Source: Azolla caroliniana
Lineage: Eukaryota > Plantae > Polypodiophyta
Length of the DNA stretch: 64,000 nucleotides
Assembly (NCBI GenBank): GCA_043228905.1
Contig: JBHGNT010000003.1
Span: forward strand, 6,882,001 to 6,946,000
Direction of reading: 5' to 3'
Shown here: piece after piece, positions 10,725 to 21,748 of the stretch
How positions within the stretch are numbered: the stretch's first letter is position 1
How the letters are laid out: each line of letters begins with the position of its first letter
Notes under the pieces: model-generated
The model's input: only the letters and a program-made list of their open reading frames with translations
Database searches by the model: none
Told to the model about the DNA's origin: nothing
Translations under genes and position numbers: made by a program

Positions 10725-11143
10725 TGTCAGGAATAGTACTAAAGCAGAGATGGAATTAGTACTAAAGAAGTGCAGTACTATTAGTACTAAGAGGACGGGA
10801 TTGCGTAAGATTCCCAAGAGAGGAAGTGAGAAGAGGAGAGAGAAAGATGATGACAACAACTAATATATTATGTGAAAAGATAAGTACAAAGCGGCTAAGA
10901 GGCTTAAGACTGGCGTTGAACCAATTTGGTTCAAAACAATGCCTTGTGCCTCCTTTTATAGTGTTTTTAGGAATAATCCTGAAGCTTCTAGAATGTTCCA
11001 GAGAGATCTAGAATATACATCAATTTTCTATGATAAAATATAAATGAAAATAATATCCTTCAAATTACAATTCATAGTCTAATGGTAAGAGCTCGACCCA
11101 TGTAGCATAAGGTCATGGGTTCGAGTCTTGCCATATCATGACA
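10725..11143 (-). repeat. 5' LTR of the chromovirus
   Basis: Termini TGTCA/TGACA. Minus-strand TATAAAA at ~10954-10960. Adjoins the gag leader on one side and interrupts Copia integrase (…HSDVWARKQ) on the other. Confidence 0.85.
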
Positions 11144-13357
11144 ACTGTTTGCGTGCCCATACGTCGGAATGGACTACATCGAGTAGACCTTTGCTCACAT
11201 TCCGCTCTTTCGGGAATGGGTGTCGGTGTTGCTTGCCGAATTGGCACGCTTCGCATACACCTTCAATCTCCTTCTCTTTGAATGTTGGGAGTCCGATGAC
11301 GACTCCTTTCGATTTCATTGCTTTGAGTTTGTTGAGATTGATGTGGCCGATTCGCTTGTGCCATAGCTCTATGTCGGAGTCGGCTTTCGTGCCTTTCGCG
11401 AACATGGCGGATTTCATCTCGCGTGAATCGAGAATGAACATCCGGCCCTCTCTTCGTCCGCGTGCGATGAGTCGGCCCTCTTTTTCGATGAAGCAACCGC
11501 CTTGATTAAATCGAACTTGCATCCCTTGCTCTACAATTTGGCCGACGGAGACCAAATTCTTCGTAATGGTCGGTACATGCAAGACATTTTTAATGTAATT
11601 TTGCTTACCTTCTTTTCCGAATGGAACATTTCCGATGTGCCGAATTGGGTGCGTAGTGTCGTCTCCGGTTTCGACATAGCCGGGTCGGTCCGGCTCTTGA
11701 AGTTCTCGGAACCATTCTTGATGCGATGTCATATGGTTCGAGGCACCGGAATCGACGAACCATACGTCTTCCGAACCGGAGGAACTAGTTGAGGTAAAGG
11801 CCGACATAGAGTTTGCTCTATGTTTCATCATACGATCGGAGTTGTGCGCATACATCCCGCCACGATCTTCGCAGTCGGAGTTGTGCCCGTAGATTTCGCT
11901 ATACTCTTCGTAGTTGGAATTGTGTGTGTAATTCGTGAGCTGTCAGCTTGTGGAAGCCGATTCACGCATCTTCTTTTGGCACTCTTCTTCGTGGTGGCCG
12001 AGCTTTCCGCAATATCCGCATTCGGTTGCGTTTTGATGGCTTGGGCCGGAGTGGAAGCTCCCCCTTCTTGCGAAGCTTCCTCGTTGGCTTCCGTTTTGCG
12101 GCCGAAATTGGGAGTTGATGTCGTAGGTCGGACCTCATCCGCCTTGTCCTTGGCCGAATCGGCCTCTCGCTCGTCCGCGTCCTCTTCCTCCATTAGAGTG
12201 CATGTAGAGCATGTGGCCTTCCGACTCATTGCTCCTTGTACGCACGTGGTTTTCTTTGACCAATAGCATTGATTGGAGCTCGAAGAAGGAGGGAGATTTC
12301 TCCCGTGCTAGAACGGCGGTTCGCATCGCCCCGAACCGTGGTACGAGGTTGCCGAGGCATATTTGCACCATCTCATCATCATCTATACTTACGCTTATTG
12401 AGCCGAGCGAGTCGCAAAGCTCCTTGATCTTCACGGTGTATGTCGTGATGGACATGTCCCTTTGTTGAATGTTGTTCAACTCTTGGCGGAGTTGAAGCTT
12501 CCTCGCAGTCGTGTTGGCGGCGAAAATCTTTTGTAGATTTTCCCACGCTTCCTTTGGCGTCTTGGCTTCTCGAATGTAACCGAGCATGTGGTCGTGAACA
12601 CATGTCGCAAAACAATACATCACGCGGCTTGTGGCTTGCTCCCATGTCGCGTATCCGGGAGCCGCTTCGGCGGGTCGGTCTTCATGCGCTCCTTTGATGT
12701 AGCTCCAATAGCCTTGTCCGACAAGGTATTGCTGCATCTTGTACTCCCAAGATGCGAAGTTGTTTCGATCCAACTTCTCGGTAGGGAGAGCGCTCCCCAT
12801 TTGAGTATTCATTATGTCGATTCTTCTTCTTCTTCTTCTCCCTTCGAATGCGAGCTATGTAGCGAAGCTACGATAGCGATGAGCCGGTTCTTGGTCGTCA
12901 GCGTAGAGCACAACACACGATCACGATGAGGTGAATGGGCTAGATCGAGCTACCAAATCACTCTGATACCATGTAAAGAATCCATCTCTTGTGTGTGTGT
13001 GTGAAGCGGAAGAGATGTGAGTTATGTGTGTGTGTAAGAGAGAGAGAGAGAGAGAGAGTGAAACACAAAGAATACACAAGGTAAAAGTATATTGACAAAG
13101 GAGAAAGACTCAACATAATACAAGGTGGGTGGAGGGTGCTTTATGTAGTCACCCTCTCTCTTCATTAACTACAAGCCTCATGGAGCATGGGGAATGTGAA
13201 AGCTCATAAGTTATGTGTCATAGAATATGATTCTATGACTCATACTAAATGCTAGAATAAAAAGTGGTGACATAATGGTGACTCTTGACCGTTGGAGTGT
13301 CTCTTCACTCTCAAGGTGAGTTCACACACTAGACCAAGTTGAGCTTGATTCTCAACA
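11144..13357 (-). mobile_element. Older Copia element, 5' part (LTR 12972-13357, tRNA-iMet PBS, frameshifted gag-PR-GAGpre-IN), interrupted by the chromovirus
   Basis: TG..CA LTR immediately followed by TGGTATCAGAG. ORF 12135..12812 is gag (EKLDRNNFASW…). ORF 11136..11855 has WFVDSGASNH, LWHKRIGH, CEACQFGKQHR. Homologous to element 21608-33044. Confidence 0.88.
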
Positions 13358-14205
13358 GGTTGTGTAAAGTTAGAGGACTCAAAAGAATTATTGCATCAAA
13401 TGTTAAAAAACATTGCATGTCAAAATTACGCACTTGGTTGACTATTTCGTTATTCTTGGCAGTTTTGCCTTGTTCAATGCACTCATCGACAAGAAAAGAA
13501 TGAAGTTGATTTGAAGGAGATGTCTACGTTGGGCTCTTACTATCACCCACATCACCAAAAATCTTCTCATTTATTGCAACGTCAACTTGGCGAAACACAT
13601 CATGTAGGTGAGTTAATGCTCAAGATTCTACAACATGGTTTAGATAATTAGTTATTGGTAATGTATGCTTAATAGCTACTACTACCTAACTCTCACTATA
13701 ACTTTAGATCGTTAGCTAGTAGTATTATACACGTAACTACCACTTTAACTAATTGGAATAAACCTTAGGTAATTAGCTACCAATTATCTATGAAATTAGC
13801 TAATTAGTTGTTAAGTATCTAGCACTCGACACAATGGTTGTGGAGATTGTGGCGCCAAATAGAGACACCGAGCTCAACCAACCTTAGCAAAAAGGGGGAT
13901 AGAATAAACCAAGGAAGAAACAATGTAGGTCAATGGGCAACCTAGTGTGAAAGGGAGTCACTTGCCTTGTAAAAAGCTATAAAAGCCATATTTTGTTTAC
14001 TTTTGTAGCTCTTCTTTATTCTTAGGATTTCTCCTTTCTATTCTAAGTGTACTAAGAGCTCCTCTTCTATCTCCTAAATCCTCCATTAGAGTTAAATCAG
14101 CCAATTTAACCCTAATCTCCTCCTCTTGTATGGTGCCTCACCTCTATGTAATAAGAAGTGGTGTAAATAATATATTTCCTATTTAGATTACATTCTTGTT
14201 TATGA

Positions 14206-16830
14206 TAGAACTAGAATTAGAATTAGAATTTTTATCATCCATAAAGAGGCCAATTTTGACCTATGGGACCAGAGTATATATGTGTTCTTGATATGTGTCT
14301 CCTTCCTAAGAAGGGGTATTCATACATTGAAGCACAAAGTGTCTATGGTGAATAAAGCATATACATATGAGCTCAACCTTCTAGGTGGTGTCTTAAGTAT
14401 GGCACTTAAGTTATCACTCCCTCTTAGTATGTCAACATATCTTGAAAGAATTGCACTATATGTTGAGCATGTGAAGAGCAAGTGGTATTCATCCTCTACC
14501 ATGCCTTCATTGCATACTTTACATGTCTTCAAATTCGAAACATTTTGATACCATGATGTAACTTTAATACCTAACTTGTGTGATCGAGTGTGAGGTAGTG
14601 TAAGGGCTCTACGACCATTACTACTCATATTGGTAATAAGATTTAAAGGTTGGATACAATCAATAGGCATTCTTGCTTTATATTGAGACCAACATTCAGG
14701 GTTGACATTTGCAATGTAGTATTCTAGCTTTGTCCTCTTAGCATCGTCCCATTTCATCCTTAATGATTCCACCAACCTTCCCTCAATCATTACATAATGC
14801 ATAATGTGAAAGTGTTTTTAGAATTCAAGCTATTGAACACTACAAGATTATAAGGTATGGAGCATTAACATCCAGAGGGCAAGAACACGAACCAAGGTCT
14901 TGAGGATAAGTCAAACTAAAAGCAAGACACGTGGAGAAAAGTAAAAGAAGAAAAAAGTGGGCCACCAAAACACAATCTGAAACAAACACTCATAAACTCA
15001 TTTGTTTGGAATCCAAATATCATGTTCAAATATAGGTTGGAAAGCTTGTAAAGAGAGCTATTTGTAACTTTTTAAAGCTCTAAATGTGGAGCTCGGATAA
15101 GGGAGATATGACGATTAGAAGATCGTTGTGTCATAGCTAAGAATAAGAGATGGAAAACTTCTAAAAATAGCGTAAAAAAGAAAGGAAGGGAAAGTTATCT
15201 AGTAGAGGAGACCTTCATATAAAGCAAGAAGACTAAGGTGGTGGTGGAAAGGGAGGCTATTTCATGTGGTGTTTTCTTGCCCATTTATGGAGTGAGGTTT
15301 AGTTGTTATCAATATATCTTTGTAGCCTTGGATTTATGTATCTTCTTTCTCTATTCCTTCCATCATGATGGATTATTCATTATCAATAGATCTTTGTGGT
15401 TTTGGATCTATATATCTTCTTTCTCTCTTCTTTCTATCATCACTCTTTCACATAGCATCGCCTGAAAGCTCAAAAAGATCATCCACACTCCATCTTCTAA
15501 ACCATTTCCTTATGTCAACAACCCAACCGGATGAGAGAATCTTAGTCTTATGATTCTTTTGTAGCTTACATCCAACATTCCAAGCATGATGTGGTAATCG
15601 ATGATTTGACATATTCTTGACTTTTGTAATGTATTTATATACTCTTTGGAGTGCCAATATTTCTATGGGTCGAACATCTGTTTCGAAGAGCATAACCTGG
15701 TAAGAGGTAGTGCATTTAACTCCTAATTTCCTCCTTAAAAACATCATTTGAATTTTCTCAATCTCATTCCATACATTAAGAGAGATAGTGCCACCACATA
15801 CTTCTACTCCATAAAACAATACTTGAGTTACCGTGGCATTGAACACCATTAGTTTTACTTTCCATCCACAAGTATCACTTTGGTTGCATTGGTTCTCCAA
15901 AAGGTAATATGATTTCCAATGGGCTTGGAGTCTAGAATCAAAGCATGCACTCCATTTATTTGTGGCAGGTACATCAATACCAAGATATTTAAAGCTTCAA
16001 ACAAATTGTATGTGTTCACCTCTATATGTGAGCATAGGGTAATGATGAGGTTGGATGGTTTGCACTACCATCATTTTTGTTTTCTCCACATTCATTGCTA
16101 GTCCAACTATGGCAAAATTCTTAAAATACCCCAAGTAAATGTTGCTTACTATCAACATCATATGAGAAGAGTACCACAACATCTGCATATAGAAACAATA
16201 AGATAACATGTTGCATCAATTTGGGGGCATTCAATCCTTCTTCTCTTGTAACCTTATTCACCACTTCTTCTAATTTATTAGTACATAAGCCAAAGTGTGT
16301 GGGTGATAGTGAATATCTTTGCTTGACCCCCATGTTTCTTAAAAAAGTGTTTTGAGAATCCACTATCCATTTTTCATTGGCATTTAACTTGTTCATATAG
16401 GCGTGCACCAATACTCTAATGGCATGTCAATCAATCTCTACCATTCTATTCCAAAGCTCACTTTTGTGGCATGGTATCAAAAGCTTTCTTGAAATCAACG
16501 AAACAACAATAAAGTGTTTTTCCTTGTAGTGGACTCTCTTCCATGATTACCCACAATGTGATTAAGTGATCCACAATGGGCTATTTTGTTCTAAATCCTG
16601 CTTGCCCAAGGGCTCTTTTGCTTGTACTTTCAGCCTTGTGCTTATCTTTTGCTCCATAATAATGCTATATAATTTAGCAATAGTTGAGCTCACCATTATT
16701 GTACGATAATTTCATACTTGATTCTTATCTCTGGCTTTAAATATTGGTTTAATCCAATTCATAAGCCAATCATTTGGAAATCCTTGTTTTATAGCTTGCT
16801 CTATAATTGTCATTATCCAATGACAAGTAT
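14206..16830 (-). mobile_element. 5'-truncated RTEX/RTE-like LINE remnant A (RT + C-terminal CCHC), split by a ~650-bp insertion
   Basis: Minus-strand motifs CFVDFKKAFD, GVKQ..LSPTHFG, LYADVV, RSHKLGI, CKVC…EDEYHLLFTC; 3' stem-loop and (ATTCTA)n tail at 14206-14230. Confidence 0.8.
14805..15452. mobile_element. Probable solo LTR inserted in LINE A
   Basis: Termini TGTGAAAG…CTTTCACA with near-duplicated flanks (CATAA/CATAG). Removal joins ORF 15448..15900 (…GDAM) to ORF 14320..14802 (HYVMIE…) in frame. Confidence 0.6.
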
Positions 16831-16837
16831 GTGTAAG

Positions 16838-17952
16838 AGATAGATAGGTAGATTCTATTATTGACTTCGGAGGTCAAATATGACCTATGAGACCGAAAAT
16901 ATTACATTTCACGTGATACGTGTGAAAGTGAGTAGCGACTCTCGACGTTCAAGAACCAATGAATGTTGCAATCGAGAGTGCACATTGTGTTTGTGAGAGA
17001 AATTCGTGCAATGATTGGGCTCGATCGAAGATATGTGGAAAGCATGGTCGAATATGATCAAAGGCAGAGCATTGTATCAAAGCGTGATACTCAGACTCTT
17101 GAACTTGTTTAGGGCAAAGTGTGCATAGCCAGCAACTCTCATCACTTGTGCCCCAATGCCTCGTCTCACATCGCAATGCATGTGAGCTAAGTCGCATGGA
17201 AGTAATGGTTTGAATGGCAGATAATGGGATGGGCTCTAACATGTATTGATGTGGATGGTTTCCCTATTCCAGGAAGAATATGGTTTTGTAGTTAGGTGCA
17301 ACATGTGTAGTATAATGTGTGACGCGTTGTCATGTTGTAAATACTTTTGCTCAACAAAGTGGTTAAAAGATAGTAAAATATAGACACAAGATGGTTATGA
17401 CACTTTAGGCATGATGGTGGATGCTTTAGTCGAAGGTAGATTTGAAGAATCTAGATGAATTGATGTGACATAGTCAAAGAGTGCCTTTACAATAGGCAGT
17501 CAATGTTTTCGTCGTAATATTTCAAGGGAATATTAAATTTAAATAAATAAACATTCTTTGGAAATCTTGCTTGACGTGCTACAAATGTCTAGAAGGGGTC
17601 ATGGATAGAATCAAGTGTCTTCATACCCAAAGTACAAAATTTATCGGTTGCATGCAAAGGAAAGTGGCTGAAGTGTTACATGTGCAACATGTGGCAAGAT
17701 ACATGCAAGAACTAACAATTAAGCCCCTATAGTATATAAGTATAAGTGTGGAAGCCTTGAGAATAGGATAGCTTGAGAAAATTTCTCTTGATGTAGTGTG
17801 TTTTTATATCCGTCTTGTTAATAGATACTCTATTTTCATTCTCCTTTCCTGTTTTCATAGATTATGATGCATATCTTTGTTAATTCCAATCTCTTACTTG
17901 TTGTACATGAATGATTATCATAAAATATTGTAAACCCTCTTTGGTGTAGTGA

Positions 17953-17989
<37 letters not shown>

Positions 17990-19406
17990 TCAACTCTTGA
18001 TATAGATCCTCCCCTCTCATATATCTTCATTGATTGTCTTTGTCATACCCATTCATCTCGTTTTGGGTTTGTGGTATTTCTTAAACTCAAAGATGTTGTT
18101 ATGGTGCCCCATGATGATGTGCCTTGTGTGTTTCTAGATGTATTGTGCTAGAGTTTTGAGAGGCAAATTCTTGCGCTGAGCCTCCACATTTGTCCCATGT
18201 CATGATACATTCGCATTACAAAAAGTCCTCATTTACAAAGGAATCTAGTGACGCATCATGAAGCAAGTGTCTTGCATCCCATCGACCAAACCATTTTTCC
18301 ATATCTTGCATCCAACCGGAACACAAAATTTTGCTTTTACGCGTCTTTTGGATCTTTTGCTTGCTTCCCATGCAATTCTAGGACCCAAGACTTAATATCT
18401 CCATTATTGCATGTGTTCTCAAATGCATAGTATGCTCGCTTACCCGCCTCTAAGCAGCGGGTAGCACATTCATTCCATCTATGATGTGAAGGAACTTCAA
18501 GGCCAATATATTTGAAGCTTTCCACACACTCAAGTGGCTCATTGTTGTACGTAATGCATGGTTTATCTCTTTTTTGGCTCTTCACAAGCATAATCTTTGT
18601 TTTAGAGCTATTGGCACTTAATTTAGTATGCATGCAAAAGTTTTCCAATACCTTCATATGCATTTGTGCATCTCCTAAAGTATTTTCTAAAAGCACTACA
18701 TCATCTGTGTATAGAAAAAGCATAATGATAACATTCATAATGGCAACTTCTTCAACACATTCTTCCTTTACAAACTTGGTAACCATTGCTTCCAATTCAT
18801 CAATGCATAGACCAAATAGTGTTGGTGAGAGTGGGAATCCTTGCTTAACACCAATAGTGCTATTGAAAAAATATGAAAGTCTATCTCTCATATGCACACA
18901 ACATAAAACCTTCTTATATATTTGGGAAATTGCAAGCATATATTCACTTGGCACCTCGAGTTCTTCCATTCGCCTCCAAAGATGCTCACAAGGTACCATA
19001 TCAAAAGCTTTCTTGAAGTCTACAAAGCAACAATATAAACCTTTACCTCTAAGGTGACTTTCCTCCATTGATACTCGAAGGGTGACAAGGTGATCAATGG
19101 TGCTTGGTGTTTTTGAAAGCTAGCTTGCCCATAAGCTCTCTTACCATTTTTTTCAGCCCATACACTTATCTTTGATTCCATTATACATCCAAATAGTTTT
19201 GCCATTAACGAACCAACCACGATAGTTTGATAGTTGTTTCCATCATTTACATCTCCACATTTATGTAAAGGTTTGATCCAATTTGTAGTCCAATCATACG
19301 ATATACCATGTTGCAATGCATCATTAAACATATCGCTTATCCATTGACGTGCTTCCTTTCCCATCCACTTGAGCATTTTAGCCTTTATACATTGAAGATT
19401 GCTTAC

Positions 19407-19410
<4 letters not shown>
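16838..19410 (-). mobile_element. 5'-truncated RTEX/RTE-like LINE remnant B, interrupted by an insertion at ~17328-18117
   Basis: ORF 18337..19068 LYCCFVDFKKAFD, GVKQGFPLSPTLFG, LYTDD. ORF 16949..17242 RLSSHALRCET…CTLC…ESEYHALIQC. (ATCT)n tail at 16838-16853. Confidence 0.82.
17328..18117. mobile_element. Possible decayed solo LTR inside LINE B
   Basis: Starts TGTCATG; has TATA-like and (TA)n segments; LINE coding sequence resumes on both sides. Right end and TSD are unclear. Confidence 0.35.
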
Positions 19411-19446
<36 letters not shown>

Positions 19447-19589
19447 AAGCACTAATCAACAAATCTAAGTAAGCTAGTAGCTAGAAGGTGCTCGACATTT
19501 AACACTTTCACTCCGTTCGCCACCAAAAGGGTATACACCAGTCTGGAATCAAGGCCAACGGCATCAATAGGAGGGAAAACGACACATTA

Positions 19590-20150
19590 GCTAGTAGCAA
19601 TAATCAATTACCTAACTAACTAATTAGCTACTATTGTACTATGGTCTTAGCTAAGTGGCTACTACTCTACAACAATCTTAACTAATTAGTGATTAGTGGT
19701 ACATCTTAATTATTTAGCTACTACTCTTCCACAACCTTCGCTATATAGTGAGTTAGCAGTTAGGGGTATAACTTAGCTATTTAGCTACCACTCTTCCACA
19801 ACGTTAGCTATATAGCTAATTAACTACCACTCTACTATGGTCTTAGCTAATTAGAGGTTAGGGTACACATTAGCTATTTAGCTACTACTCTTCCTTAACC
19901 TTAGCTATATAGCTAATTAGCTACCAATCTACTATGGTCTTAGCTAATTAGCGGTTAAGGGTACAACTTAGCTATTGTGCTACTATATTACGACCTTAGA
20001 TGTATACCTAATTAGCGGCCACTGTACTTCATAGTTTGTTATTAAGGAGTTAGGAGCTCCATCTTAGCTAGCTAGCTACAAATCTACTATGAACATTGTT
20101 ATTTAGCGGTTAGTTGTACAACTTAGCTATATTGCTAATTAGCTACCACC
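19590..20150. repeat. AGCT/TAGCTA-rich degenerate tandem repeat (same class at ~13670-13810 and 57380-57830)
   Basis: Dense recurrence of TAGCTAATTAGCTA-like palindromic words. Confidence 0.7.
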
Positions 20151-21328
20151 ACAACTTACACTTTCATTTATACACATTTGTAGTTGTAATAGATTAACAA
20201 ACTTACTTGTTTGTTTTCTCCACCCTTTAGGGAGATTTGTGGAGCAATCCCCCACATACATTGTTGTATTGCAATAGATCATAACAAAACATATCAGGTG
20301 ATATATATGTTGGCACTTTTGGAGGTGTACTAGCACGGTAACACTGTCATCAATGGCTAGCCCGCATGCGATCCACGGGGATTGCACGTTCAATGTACTT
20401 TGCCCTCCAACTGATACTTTTGGTAAGGGAAATGAAATGGTAAGGTCATATTCTTGTTTTATTCTAATCACTCCTTCCATAAATTGTAGTCGCTTTTTAA
20501 GGCAACATACCTTTTCTTCTTTATCGTTGTATCATTCCTAAAATGGGGATGAAAAGTTTATTTCTATATTTTAAAACTTACAAGAAATGAATATATAGAA
20601 ACAAGTACAATGATCTTACCTAGAGGTCTAGAACAAGATTTTTTACAACATGCTTAAGCCCTAGAAGGTCCAAGTTCATTGTGAGAACCTAGATCTCCAT
20701 CTCTAGTGGGATCCTATGCTTGGGATCTAGCGGCTCGTTCCTTTTGAGCGCACACTTTTTCTAGGTCAACCTTTGGTACTTCCAACGTCTCACCGACATT
20801 ATTGATATTTTTCTTCATTGATTGAAGCAATTTCTCATTGCATCATCGACATTGGATATGTGGAGATGATGGTTTGGTCTCTTCTTAATTATTAGTTGAG
20901 AGTCCGTAGTTGCATCATCAAGTGCCATGCTCTAGAATCTCTCAATCGTTTCTTACAAATTCCCCATCTTGCAGAAACGCTCTATCGACGCCTCACCTGC
21001 AAGCGCTCATTGTACCATGTATAAATCTTTGTTAGCCGCTTACTTCGCAGATACATACAATTCTCATATTATGCAATGTTATGGCATATGCAACTAAGAA
21101 CTCGTTATTGATTGGTATCTCTTGGTGCACTTTTTGATCAAGCATCATGGAGTCCTCTTAAAGGTAAGGACATACATGCTTGATCTTCACCTTCCCTTTT
21201 ACACTAGTTATTTTGTAGACTAACAACTAATCTACATTAGTCATCATTTTCTCTGTTAGCACTGCAAGGTCAATACCATCAAGTGATAGATCATATATTC
21301 TATTGAAATCCTCCTTCCTCTCACAAAA

Positions 21329-21607
21329 CTTGAATTCAAATTTAATTTAATTTAAATTATGAAAACACGTGTAACATATCTACATATCTGTTAGAAGGTG
21401 AAACATATGTTGTTTAACCACCATATTCCCACATTATAAAAGGGAATGTGTTCAACATAGTAGGAAAGGGAGGAACTAGCCACTTGAATTCAAATTTAAT
21501 TTAATTTAATTTATGAAAACATGTGCAACATATCTACATATCTGTTAGAAAGTGAAACATATGTTGTTTAACCACCATATTCCCACATTATAAAAGGGAA
21601 TGTGTTT
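21329..21607 (+). repeat. Tandem duplication, ~154-bp unit, second copy cut by Copia insertion
   Basis: CTTGAATTCAAATTTAATTTAA…CCCACATTATAAAAGGGAATGTGTT at 21329 and 21483. Confidence 0.85.
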
Positions 21608-21692
21608 TGTAAAAACAAATATCGTGTGGAAGCAATAGAAAACAGAAAACAGAAAATAGAGAACAGGTTTAATGGAGAACTTAACAGTACGC

Positions 21693-21748
<56 letters not shown>

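Larger units (their letters stand above)
640..11143 (-). mobile_element. Ty3/Gypsy chromovirus (Tcn1/Tf1-sushi-like), degenerate, interrupted by Copia insertions; 3' end lies beyond the window's left edge
   Basis: Order LTR(10725-11143, TG..CA)-gag-PR-RT-RH-IN-chromodomain on the minus strand. Motifs ALLDSGA, YLDD, DAS, HHCC zinc finger, SDRG..F, HPQTDGQAER, HPVFH, YLVDWLGY. Confidence 0.93.

Noticed and set aside
11068-11135. Functional tRNA gene
   Set aside because: A/B boxes are present but there is no convincing acceptor or anticodon stem; it lies within an LTR, so it is reported as tRNA-like only.
20139-20480. Intact RING E3 ligase gene
   Set aside because: Cys/His ligands are incomplete and there is no clear gene structure; at most a decayed fragment.
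21694-21747. ERERER / SLSLSL peptides
   Set aside because: Translations of (GA)n microsatellites in LTRs.
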